64,000 nt of DNA, taken from contig CAZVIF010000011.1 of assembly GCA_964626745.1 (NCBI GenBank), forward strand, positions 7,195 through 71,194. Direction: 5' to 3'. How positions within the stretch are numbered: the first letter of the stretch is position 1; the number at the start of each line of letters is the position of its first letter. This DNA is from an uncultured Steroidobacteraceae bacterium. Its GTDB lineage: Bacteria; Pseudomonadota; Gammaproteobacteria; Steroidobacterales; Steroidobacteraceae. A program made the translations under genes and the position numbers. Shown piece by piece: positions 43,801 to 51,546 of this stretch. The notes under the pieces were generated by a model. It was not told the DNA's origin. It made no database searches and saw nothing but the letters and a program-made list of their open reading frames with translations.

Positions 43801-45062
43801 TGATGCGCGGACGATTCCGCGGCAACGTCGAGGAATGGTGCGACCGGCGGCTGCTGATCCGCATCCACCGCCTGACCCGTGACCGCAAGCGCAGCGAGAT
43901 CGTCGCCGTGCCGCCCGCGCAGTTCATGCGCTTCCTGTTCCGCTGGCAGCGCGTGGCGATGGAAGGCCGCGACGACCGTCGCGAGGGCGAGGCCGGGCTG
44001 CTCGCCGTGCTGCAGGAGCTGGAGGGCTTCGCCGTGCCGGCCGTCGCCTGGGAGCGCGAGATCCTGCCGCTGCGGGTCAGGAACTACCTGCCGTCGGATC
44101 TCGACAAGCTCTGCGCGGCGGGACGGATCGCGTGGCACCGGCCGTCCGAGACGGGCAACGGCGATTCTCTGCCCGCGGCCGGCCCGGTGAAGTCGACGCC
44201 CATCCTGCTGGCCGGGCGCGAGGCGCTCGGGCACTGGCAGCGGGGCGGCGAGGCGACGGACGCCGTCGAGGGACTGTCCGCGCGCGCCCTCAGGATCCTG
44301 GAAAGCCTGCGGCAGCACGGCGCGTCGTTCTTCGGCGACCTGGTGCACGACACCGGCCTGCTGCGCGCCGACGTCGAGCACGGGCTCGGGGAACTCGTCA
44401 GCCGCGGGCGCGTGACGTCGGATTCCTTCGCCGGCGTGCGCGCGCTCATCACCTCGAAGAAGCGACGCGAGAAACTGCGCCAGTACCGCCGGCCGCTGAT
44501 CGACGTGGACGATGCCGGCCGGTGGAGCCTGCCGCGGCGCGCGGCTGCGTCCGCCGCCGCGCCGGCGCTCGGCGATCCGGCCGTCGAACACATCGCGCGT
44601 GCGCTGCTGCGCCGCTACGGCGTCGTGTTCCGCGCGCTGCTGGAGCGGGAGAGCGGGCTGCCGCCCTGGCGCGAGCTGTTCTACGTGTACCGGCGCCTGG
44701 AGGCGCGCGGCGAGATCCGCGGCGGGCGCCTGGTGAGTGGCTTCGCCGGCGAGCAGTTCGCGCTGCCGGAAGCGGCGGACCTGCTGCGCGCCGTCTCGCG
44801 CGATGCGACGCCGGACCGCGTGTCGCTCTCTGCGGCGGACCCGTTGAACCTCGCCGGCCTCGTCACGCCCGGCGAGCGCGTGCCGGCACTGTCCGGCAAC
44901 CGCGTGCTGTTCGAGCAGGGCGTGCCGGTGGCCGTGCAGGCGGGCGGCGAGGTGCGTTACCTGAAGGACGTCCCGGCCGAAGCGCAGTGGGAGATCCGGA
45001 ACTTGCTGATCCGGCGGCAGGGGCCCGAGAGCTACTTGCCAGCGCCCGGCTCGTCCCAGTAG
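40821..45062 (+). CDS. lhr: ATP-dependent DNA helicase Lhr (large helicase-related protein)
   Basis: 1413 aa. It has the SF2 motif I APTGSGKT, motif II VDELH (DExH), and the long Lhr-type C-terminal extension. Confidence 0.9.
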   Translation: MPPDALSSFHPAVAGWFQSRFPAPTEAQARAWAVTSRHRNALIAAPTGSGKTLAAFLSAINDLVVEGSTRGLYDEVHVLYVSPLKALSNDIQKNLQEPLAGIRDRLLELGLDDVPIRDAVRTGDTSAFERNRMRKSPPHILVTTPESLFILLTSESGRNMLKSVRSVIVDELHAVAGSKRGSHLMLSLERLDALCGKPPVRVGLSATVKPLEAMARFLVGARGEPAEIVDTGHVRERDLALELPRAPLEAVMSNEVWGELYDRLAELIQSHNTTLIFVNNRRLAERATRHLAERIGAEHVATHHGSLSKEHRLSAETRLKEGQLKALIATSSLELGIDIGDIDLVCQMGTPRLISAFLQRVGRAGHAVGATPKGRLFPLSLDDLVECTALLDGVRRGELDRIRVPAKPLDVLAQQIVGEVACREWDVDELFESFRGAQPYADLTAAEFEQVLQMLAEGYSTRRGRRGAYLHYDTVNRRLRPRKGARLTAVTNAGVIPDQFDYDVVLNPEGLRIGSIGEDFAFESLPGDIFQLGNQSYRVQKVEVNRVLVEDARGAPPTIPFWFGEAPARSDELSAAVSRLRETAMEKLDGAPEDCERWLEDELGLAPAAANQLCQYLAAGRLALGKLPTLGTVIFERFFDDVGDTHLVIHSTFGSRVNRAWGLALRKRFCRQFNFELQASALEDSIVLSLGPTHSFPLEDVKGFLKSETAQDVLVQALLDAPMFGTRWRWNAAVALAVRRIRNGKRLPAPFQRADSEDLLAVVFPDQLACLENITGPREIPDHPLVAQTLRDCLHDTMDVDGFLALLRGIEQSTVEVLCRDLTAPSPLSHAILGARPFAFLDDGDAEGRRTRSVTTDRLLEPQDAADLGRLDPQAIERVVREAWPEVGNHDELHDALVVHGFLTAPEVEPWKTSLARLREERRVVYHDGLWVAVERSAEFERARSGDLEALAEILRSRLELAGPVTEAALAVVLDLEASAVRAALLMLESQGSVMRGRFRGNVEEWCDRRLLIRIHRLTRDRKRSEIVAVPPAQFMRFLFRWQRVAMEGRDDRREGEAGLLAVLQELEGFAVPAVAWEREILPLRVRNYLPSDLDKLCAAGRIAWHRPSETGNGDSLPAAGPVKSTPILLAGREALGHWQRGGEATDAVEGLSARALRILESLRQHGASFFGDLVHDTGLLRADVEHGLGELVSRGRVTSDSFAGVRALITSKKRREKLRQYRRPLIDVDDAGRWSLPRRAAASAAAPALGDPAVEHIARALLRRYGVVFRALLERESGLPPWRELFYVYRRLEARGEIRGGRLVSGFAGEQFALPEAADLLRAVSRDATPDRVSLSAADPLNLAGLVTPGERVPALSGNRVLFEQGVPVAVQAGGEVRYLKDVPAEAQWEIRNLLIRRQGPESYLPAPGSSQ

Positions 45063-45066
45063 GCGG

Positions 45067-45642
45067 TCAATCCGTTTTCGCAGCGACGCCCGAGAAGCGC
45101 TGGAACAGCTCGGCCACGACGGCGTCGATGGCGACGCGCGGATTGTCCATGTCCGCCTCCATGATACGGCCTTCTGCGACGCCCTCCCAGACGAGCTGCA
45201 TCCGCTCGCCGTCGACGATGTCGATGTTGGCGGTACCGACCTTGTACCGGACCGTGTCCACGTAGTCATAGTACGGCCAGGCCCCGTACAGGCCGTATCG
45301 GTAGCCGTAGTACCCGTAGCTCAGGGACATCTCCGGCGTCCTGCGCACGTCGGTGACTTCGCGGACGTTGGAGTAGAAGTTCACCAGCAGGTCGGGGTCC
45401 GTCTCGTCGTAGACGTAGCCGCGCCGCTGCATCTCGCGATCGACCGCATTCTTGAAGTACAGCGTGATGAGCGTTGAATAGCCCGCGCGGTCCGTGCCCA
45501 GCTCCTCGGGATAGCCGTAGGTCCGGTACGAGCCAAAGTCGGCCGTGCGGTCGAAATCGACCGTGATGTCCCGCCCGGCGGTGGTCGCGCAGCCCGCCAG
45601 CGCGAGCCCCGCGGCGGCGATCCATGCCGAAATCCGAATCAT
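45067..45642 (-). CDS. DUF4136-like lipoprotein
   Basis: 191 aa with lipobox LALAGC and a Tyr/Gly-rich loop (SYGYYGYRYGLYGAWPYYDY). It is recognised from memory as the DUF4136 type. Confidence 0.7.
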   Translation of the reverse strand: MIRISAWIAAAGLALAGCATTAGRDITVDFDRTADFGSYRTYGYPEELGTDRAGYSTLITLYFKNAVDREMQRRGYVYDETDPDLLVNFYSNVREVTDVRRTPEMSLSYGYYGYRYGLYGAWPYYDYVDTVRYKVGTANIDIVDGERMQLVWEGVAEGRIMEADMDNPRVAIDAVVAELFQRFSGVAAKTD

Positions 45643-45852
45643 GCAAACGCTTCCTTACCCTTGAAGGAGTTCGACAGCTCGACAGGCAATCCGTTCGCCG
45701 TGACCGGCCAATGTCGGTTCCGCGACGCCCCACTGACGCCAATTCCTGATTGCATTTGTCCGGCATCAACCGCGCTTTCTGTTGGTAGCTGGCGGTGCGT
45801 CCGTGCATGGCCACCCGCCAGATTTAATGCAAACCACCAACGGGAGACAACT

Positions 45853-46359
45853 ATGAACATGAAGCCGCGCCTTTGCACCGCCATTGCGATTGCCTGTACG
45901 GCAACGGCGACGTTCGTCGCATCGCCTGCCGCCCATGCGACCGGCAGTGCCGGCGATCGGATCGTCGGCTTGTGGAGCAATCTGGCCCAGGTGCGCCCCT
46001 GCGGAACGGACCTGCCGACGTCGCCGGCTGCACAGACACTGCTCTTTCACGGCGGAGGCACCGTGTCGGACAACCCGCTGTTCCCGCCCGGCGGGGCGCC
46101 GATCCAGGGTGGCCATTACGAGCGCAACCAGGGGCTTGGAACCTGGGAGTACAACCCGAAGACCAATCGTTACTGGATCCACCTGCAGTTCGACAACTTC
46201 ATGGACGGCGTCTTCGTCGGCCGGACGACCATCGATCGTGAAGCGAGGATCCGGAAAAACGGCACCGAGCTCGTCGGGTCCGTGTGGGGCCGACGCTACG
46301 ATGCCGCAGGAAACCTGATGTTCGAGCTCTGCGGGAGCGCGGTCGCAACGCGGTTGTGA
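45853..46359 (+). CDS. secreted hypothetical protein (paralogue family with 53919..54581)
   Basis: ATG 45853 has a GGGAGA SD and signal MNMKPRLCTAIAIACTATATFVASPAAHA. It shares motifs with the 53919..54581 product. Confidence 0.6.
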   Translation: MNMKPRLCTAIAIACTATATFVASPAAHATGSAGDRIVGLWSNLAQVRPCGTDLPTSPAAQTLLFHGGGTVSDNPLFPPGGAPIQGGHYERNQGLGTWEYNPKTNRYWIHLQFDNFMDGVFVGRTTIDREARIRKNGTELVGSVWGRRYDAAGNLMFELCGSAVATRL

Positions 46360-46371
46360 TCCTGCGCGCGC

Positions 46372-46398
46372 GGCGCCTGGAGGGTGGCCTCAGGCGCC
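46372..46398. terminator. GC-rich hairpin between convergent genes
   Basis: GGCGCCTG (46372-46379) pairs with CAGGCGCC (46391-46398) across an 11-nt loop. There is no T-tract. Confidence 0.3.
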
Positions 46399-46430
46399 GC
46401 GTTGCGCGGCGGGATGTGGCAGCGCCTGCC

Positions 46431-49325
46431 TCAGTCGAGCAACGTCCCCCAGTTGATCGCGATCTGAATATCGCTCGGCGCCGAACCCTCCGCAGGCTGC
46501 ATGAAATAGAGCCGACTGCCGTCCGGCGTCACGTCGTACTGCGTACCCCAATGCCCGAATCCCACGCGCGGTAAACCCGGATTCGTCGGCAGGCCGAACT
46601 GCGGATCGCCGCTGCCGGTCCAGCGCACCGCAACGCGATTCAGCTGTCCCTGCAGGTCGGCGAAGTAGAGCTCCCTGCCGTCCCGGCGCCATACCGGCTG
46701 CGTGCCGCCCGCTCCGGATACGGTGTATCGCCGCGACGGACCCGCAAGACTGTGGACCAGCACTTCCGGCCTGCCCGCCTCTTCCGACACGTAGGCAATC
46801 CACCGGCCGTCCGGAGAGAACCTCGCTTCCCGCTCGTCATACGCGGCGGTCAGGAGTGGCTGCGCCTTTCCGTCCGCCTCGGCCGAAAGCGTCCAGACAT
46901 TCGAGTTTCCCGATTCCAGGACCGTCAGCAGCAGCGTCGACCCGTCCGCGCTCCAGTCGGTCGGCTCGCAGTAGTCCCCGGGACAGGACAGCGTGCGGAC
47001 GACGCCCGTGCCGTCTGCAGCCGCAATGTTGAGCGCGAGATTCCCCTGCCGGTGCGGCAGGTGGCCCGTCACGAACGCAAGCTGACGACCATCCGGAGAC
47101 CACACGGGAGACATGTCCGGCTCCAGCGTCTTCAAGACGGGAAACATCGTTCCGCGCTCGAGATCCTCGACCATCATGTCCGGCTGACTGCGGGTCTCGT
47201 CCATGCGGGGACGCGCAATCAAATTCCCGTCCGGAGACACGCGCGGCCAGTTGTGAGCCAGCGCCGCCGGCCATGAGCGCGGATCCTTGCCGTCCAGGGT
47301 GATCGAAGCGAGCCGGTTCCCGCTCGGAATCGCGGATTCCGTGTAGGCCAATACGCTCTCGGAAGCCGTCACCATGACCGGGCCATTCAGCGTGAACTCG
47401 GCGGGCAGGAACTCGAGCGTGCGTGCGGTCGGAGCGGCCTTCAGGCTCGAGGTATCGAACCGGCGCGCTTCGACGTGGCCATCCACGAGGTACACCAGAT
47501 CGACTTCACGACTCCCGGCACGCGGCAGGCACGCGACGCCGGACTCGGCATAGAACAGGCGCTCCCCCGCCTCGGCCGCGGGTCGGTCGACGCGGGCCAT
47601 GTAGACCCCGCGGCGCTCGGCATGGATCGATCTCACGAAGTAGAGGAAGTGCACTCCGTCCGGCAGCGCGACCGGCCACCAGTGGGATGTCTCGCCGCGC
47701 GACGGGTCGAGGAGTGTCGCGGGCTCCGACTCGCCGCCGCCCGCCGGAACGCGGCGGAGGCCGGCCTGGATGACGTCGGGTGCGTAAACGATCACGCCGG
47801 AGGAAGTCCAGGTTCCACCACGGCCGTGCGGGACGCCGGTCAGTTCAGCCGGCGCACCGTTCGGCAGCGTCACTTTCATCAATCTGCCCCCGGCGAAATA
47901 CGCAAGCGTGCGGCCGTCCGGCGACCAGAACGGGGCCATGGCATCGCCGCTCCCTTCGATCACCTGTGGCTGCAGGGAATCGAGCGCACGAACGTAGAGC
48001 CGTACGCCGTCGGAATCCGAAACGGTGTAGGCGATGCGGCGGCCGTCCGGCGCGACGACAGGCGCGGAGTCGAGCCTCGAGCCTGCCGGCAGTTTCCAGG
48101 TGAAACGCGTCAGCTCGCCGGCGGCCGGTGCGTCCTGGAACAGGCCGGAGATCCACCAGCCGGCGCCCAGCGCTGCCGCGAGGGCCAGGGGCACCGCAGA
48201 TCGCGGCCACGCAGACTTGCGCGCGGCAGCGGCCGGGTGCACGCCGCTCCGGTCGGCGGCGGGTCGCGCCGCCGGCTCGATCGCCTGCGAGAGCGCCCAC
48301 GCGAGGTCACGCGCGGACTGGAAGCGTGCATCGGGCGATTTCTGCAGCAGGCGCATGACGATGCGCGAAAGCGCGGGGGGCACCCGGTCGTTCACGTCCA
48401 GCAGATCCGCCGGATCCCGGGTCAGGATGGCGTGCAGCGTCTCGAACACGCTGGCGCCCCGGAACGGATGCTGGCCGGCAAGCATCTCGTACATCATCAC
48501 GCCGAGCGCGAAGAGGTCCGACCGTGGATCGGAGGACTCGCCCCTCGCCTGCTCGGGCGCCATGTACGCCGCGGTCCCGGCTACCATGCTGAGCGCCGTG
48601 TCGTCGGCATCCTTGCGCCCGCCAGCGGCCGGCAGCTTCAGCTTCGCGAGGCCGAAGTCGAGCAGCTTCGCGCTTCCGTCCGCCTTCAGGAACGTGTTCT
48701 CGGGCTTCAGGTCCCGGTGGATGATCCCGCGCTCGTGCGCGGCGGCGAGTCCCTGGGCAATGCCCAGCGCGACAGACGTCGCCTCGGCGACCGACATCGG
48801 CCCGGCCTTGAGGCGATCCCGAAGGCTTCTTCCCTCGAGGCACTCGGAGACGAGATAGGGCGTGCCGTCGTGTTCGCCGACATCATGGACGGTGAGGATG
48901 TTCGGGTGATTGAGTGTGCCCGCCGCGCGCGCCTCCTCGGCGAACCGGCGCAGCTTCTCCGTGTCCGTCGACAGGTGCGGCAACAGGACCTTGATCGCAA
49001 CGTCACGGCCGAGTCGTTCGTCCTTGGCGCGCCAGACTTCGCCTGCGCCGCCGAATCCGAGCTGCCGGACGATGGTGTAGGCGCCGATGCGCCGGCCGGG
49101 TTTCAGCTTCGGCCCGTCGTCGGCCAGCGCCTGCGCAAGGCGGTCGATCGCGGGCTGCGCCATGAAATCGCCGGTTGCGTTGCTTGCGCTCAGGAGCGAC
49201 TCGGCTTCTGCCCGCAGGGCGACGTCCGCGCCGCAAGCGCGCGCGATGAACGCCGCCTGGTCGGCCGCGGGAACCTCGCGTGCCTCCGAGAATATGCGAT
49301 CGAGTTCCTGCCAGTTCGTGCTCAT
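46431..49325 (-). CDS. Ser/Thr protein kinase with TM helix and periplasmic TolB-like beta-propeller repeats
   Basis: 964 aa with Hanks kinase motifs GFGGAGEVW, VAIKVL, HRDLKPEN, DFGLAK and YMAPEQ. A TM helix (SAVPLALAAALGAGWWISGLF) follows, then repeated xSPDGxxxAY propeller blades. Confidence 0.9.
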   Translation of the reverse strand: MSTNWQELDRIFSEAREVPAADQAAFIARACGADVALRAEAESLLSASNATGDFMAQPAIDRLAQALADDGPKLKPGRRIGAYTIVRQLGFGGAGEVWRAKDERLGRDVAIKVLLPHLSTDTEKLRRFAEEARAAGTLNHPNILTVHDVGEHDGTPYLVSECLEGRSLRDRLKAGPMSVAEATSVALGIAQGLAAAHERGIIHRDLKPENTFLKADGSAKLLDFGLAKLKLPAAGGRKDADDTALSMVAGTAAYMAPEQARGESSDPRSDLFALGVMMYEMLAGQHPFRGASVFETLHAILTRDPADLLDVNDRVPPALSRIVMRLLQKSPDARFQSARDLAWALSQAIEPAARPAADRSGVHPAAAARKSAWPRSAVPLALAAALGAGWWISGLFQDAPAAGELTRFTWKLPAGSRLDSAPVVAPDGRRIAYTVSDSDGVRLYVRALDSLQPQVIEGSGDAMAPFWSPDGRTLAYFAGGRLMKVTLPNGAPAELTGVPHGRGGTWTSSGVIVYAPDVIQAGLRRVPAGGGESEPATLLDPSRGETSHWWPVALPDGVHFLYFVRSIHAERRGVYMARVDRPAAEAGERLFYAESGVACLPRAGSREVDLVYLVDGHVEARRFDTSSLKAAPTARTLEFLPAEFTLNGPVMVTASESVLAYTESAIPSGNRLASITLDGKDPRSWPAALAHNWPRVSPDGNLIARPRMDETRSQPDMMVEDLERGTMFPVLKTLEPDMSPVWSPDGRQLAFVTGHLPHRQGNLALNIAAADGTGVVRTLSCPGDYCEPTDWSADGSTLLLTVLESGNSNVWTLSAEADGKAQPLLTAAYDEREARFSPDGRWIAYVSEEAGRPEVLVHSLAGPSRRYTVSGAGGTQPVWRRDGRELYFADLQGQLNRVAVRWTGSGDPQFGLPTNPGLPRVGFGHWGTQYDVTPDGSRLYFMQPAEGSAPSDIQIAINWGTLLD

Positions 49326-49915
49326 GACAGGCCGCCGTCCCCGGCCATCCGCCGGAAGAGCCAGGCGCGGGCGAACGCCCAGTCGTTGTGCACGGTGCGC
49401 AGCGACACGCCGAGTGCCTGCGCAATCTCCTCCATCGACAAGCCACCGAAGAACTTCAGCTCCACGACCTGCGCCTTCCTCGCATCGCGCGCCGCAAGCT
49501 CCTCGAGCGCGTGATCCAGGGCTACGAGGTTCGAGTCGGGCCGCTCATCCGGTATCTCGACCTCGTCCACGGGAACGTGCACCACGCCCGCGCCTCCGCG
49601 CCGCCCGGCGCGACGGCGGCGGGCGATGTCCACGAGGACGCGGCGCATCATCTGCGCCGACACGCCGAAGAAATGCCCGCGGTTCTGCCAGCGAACGGGG
49701 TCCCAGCCGAGCAGCCTCAGGCAGACCTCGTTGACGAGCCCAGTCGCCTGCATCGAGATGTCGCCCCGTTCCCGCATGAGGTAGCGGTGGGCCATGCGGT
49801 GGAGCTCGCCGTAAACGAGCGGAGCCAGCCGGTCGAAAGCGCGCTCGTCGCCTTCGCTCCAGACCTGGAGCAAGCCCGTGATGTCCCCGCTCGCCGCCTG
49901 TTCGACTGGCGCCAT
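49322..49915 (-). CDS. ECF-type RNA polymerase sigma factor (kinase-associated, TIGR02999/ECF43-like)
   Basis: ATG 49915. ITGLLQVWSEGDERAFDRLAPLVYGELHRMAHRYL...NRGHFFGVSAQMMRRVLVD...VELKFFGGLSMEEIAQALGVSLRTVHNDWAFARAWL matches this sigma subfamily. Its stop overlaps the kinase ATG (ATGA). Confidence 0.85.
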   Translation of the reverse strand: MAPVEQAASGDITGLLQVWSEGDERAFDRLAPLVYGELHRMAHRYLMRERGDISMQATGLVNEVCLRLLGWDPVRWQNRGHFFGVSAQMMRRVLVDIARRRRAGRRGGAGVVHVPVDEVEIPDERPDSNLVALDHALEELAARDARKAQVVELKFFGGLSMEEIAQALGVSLRTVHNDWAFARAWLFRRMAGDGGLS

Positions 49916-50122
49916 CTGGCATGGGCCTTGTTGCCTGGCCGCAGCAGTGTGCCACGCCGGCAGAGGCCGGGTGTACCTCAACAGGCGCCGCCCGTTGCCT
50001 AGCGCAGAAGTTGCGATGCCCACAGGCCATAAAGGCGCAATCGGCGGCGGGAAACTGCAGAAAATGCACGATTCCGGCCCGGGCCGCGCCTTAGCTGAAT
50101 AGTTGCGGAGAGGATAAAAGTC

Positions 50123-51532
50123 ATGCGCTACGGGGTCGGAATACTGGTCTTCATCCTGATCGGAGCGGTCAGCTGCGGCGGAGGTGGCGGCGGTGGCACG
50201 GGCTCGGGCGGACCGCCAGGCCCGGTCGATCCGCCTGCCGGAAGCACGCGGGTCACGGTCGTTGCCCGCGACGCGTTCGGGTCGCCGGTACCCGGCGCGA
50301 GCATCACGCTGCTCGAGTCCAAGGGCACGGGAATCCTGGAACTCAACATGGTCACCGATGCCCACGGGCGAGCGGAGGTCGTCGGCGGTTTCGAAGACGT
50401 CTACGCCGCCATGCTCACGGCCACGGACCTGTTCGGCATTTCGTACGAACCGCGGCAACCTGCCGACGATCAGATCGAATTCGACGTGACCTTGCATCCC
50501 TCGTCGGGCCTCACGCCGGGCATCGGACGCGTGACGGTCACCGGAGGCTCCGCGGACGGCCGCAGGCTCGAATTCAGCGCCCGCCTGTACGTCGTGGAAG
50601 GCAGTGCGTCCGAGGGCCAGGATCTCGAGGCGTGGAACATCGATGCCGTCGGCGTGCTGCCCTGTGCAGCCGACTGCGTCGCGGGTCCCGCGGGCTTCGA
50701 TGCGGCTTACCAGGGTTCGACGTTGAACCAGGACTGGGTCGATCCCGAACCGTTGCCCGCTCCACTGGCGCTCGCGCTGCTGCTCGACCAGGGCATGAGC
50801 GTCGCGCTGACTGACCCGATGGATCGACGGCTGCTCGCCGCGAGATATCTCCAGACGCGGCTGGGTCCGGACGATCAGGTCGCCCTCGCGGCATTCGCGG
50901 CCGACGACGCAGGCACGGGACAGGCCGCGTCATTGCCCGAGCAGCCGGTCACCCTCTTCCCGACCGACAACCCCGGCTTCACTCCGGACGGCCGCGCCTA
51001 CTTCCCGGTCATCGACTCGCTGGCGACGCTCTCGGGCGGAAGTTCGCCGCTGCATGCCGCTCTCGCCGAGCTGATCGATTTCACCGCGACGGCCGCGCCG
51101 CCCGGCAACCGGGGAACTGTCGTCGCCCTCGCCAGCAGCGACGTCAGCGACTGCGGGAGCCCGGCGGACTGCCGGGCGGCGCAGGACGCACTGCGTGCGC
51201 AGAGCGGAGCCGCCGACGTGCCCGTGGTCGTCGCCGGACTTTCGGGCCCGTCGGCCCAGGCCGACCGTAGGCGGCTTGGGCCGTTTGCGCAGTTCGAGAA
51301 CGGGGCGGTCTTCTGGGTGCAGGACGCGAGGCAGGTCCCGACGCTGTTTGGCCGAATGCCGGAAATCGTGGCCGGGCGCCACGGCACGGTCGACGTGACG
51401 ATCCGGCTCGAGTCGCCGGTCACCGGCGCCTTCGCACCGGGAAACATGGTGGTCGGGACGCTGCAGGTCGTCATCTGCCCGTGGGACTGCACCGAACTGC
51501 TGGATGTACCATTCGGCCTGCACATCCCTTGA
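50123..51532 (+). CDS. lipoprotein with CarboxypepD_reg-like N-domain and degenerate vWA-like domain
   Basis: GGAGAGG SD and lipobox GAVSC followed by a Gly-rich linker. TRVTVVARDAFGSPVPGASITLL is CarboxypepD_reg-like. The vWA-like pattern is LLLDQGMSV...GGSSPL...VVALASSDVSD. Confidence 0.7.
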   Translation: MRYGVGILVFILIGAVSCGGGGGGGTGSGGPPGPVDPPAGSTRVTVVARDAFGSPVPGASITLLESKGTGILELNMVTDAHGRAEVVGGFEDVYAAMLTATDLFGISYEPRQPADDQIEFDVTLHPSSGLTPGIGRVTVTGGSADGRRLEFSARLYVVEGSASEGQDLEAWNIDAVGVLPCAADCVAGPAGFDAAYQGSTLNQDWVDPEPLPAPLALALLLDQGMSVALTDPMDRRLLAARYLQTRLGPDDQVALAAFAADDAGTGQAASLPEQPVTLFPTDNPGFTPDGRAYFPVIDSLATLSGGSSPLHAALAELIDFTATAAPPGNRGTVVALASSDVSDCGSPADCRAAQDALRAQSGAADVPVVVAGLSGPSAQADRRRLGPFAQFENGAVFWVQDARQVPTLFGRMPEIVAGRHGTVDVTIRLESPVTGAFAPGNMVVGTLQVVICPWDCTELLDVPFGLHIP

Positions 51533-51546
51533 GACTGGCTTCATCC

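Noticed and set aside
39323-45062. The idea that Fic/HTH + small ORF + Lhr form an anti-phage defence island or a single helicase-containing defence system.
   Set aside because: lhr is divergently transcribed, has native GC content and looks like the housekeeping repair helicase. No nuclease, methylase, STAND NTPase or other defence hallmark is adjacent. Only the Fic cassette itself has TA/abortive-infection-like features.
41628-45269. 1213-aa ORF on the minus strand opposite lhr. Similar long antisense ORFs occur at 948..2993, 4349..5995, 13415..15352, 32355..34370, 47475..49514, 54796..56688 and 56282..58474.
   Set aside because: They are Arg/Ala/Gly/Pro/His-rich low-complexity translations without any recognisable motif. 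Each lies exactly antisense to a gene with strong catalytic motifs. This is the typical shadow-ORF artefact of high-GC DNA.
50049-50072. Possible ECF-type promoter GGGAAAC-N13-CGAT about 70 nt upstream of the lipoprotein gene at 50123.
   Set aside because: The spacing and the -10 element do not fit the usual GGAAC-N16/17-CGT pattern well enough. It is a single occurrence, and no matching copy is found upstream of the sigma gene. This is insufficient evidence.
50700-51300. Calling the lipoprotein domain a functional metal-binding vWA domain.
   Set aside because: The MIDAS position reads DQGMS rather than DxSxS, so only a vWA-like fold can be suggested. Metal-dependent ligand binding is not supported by the sequence.
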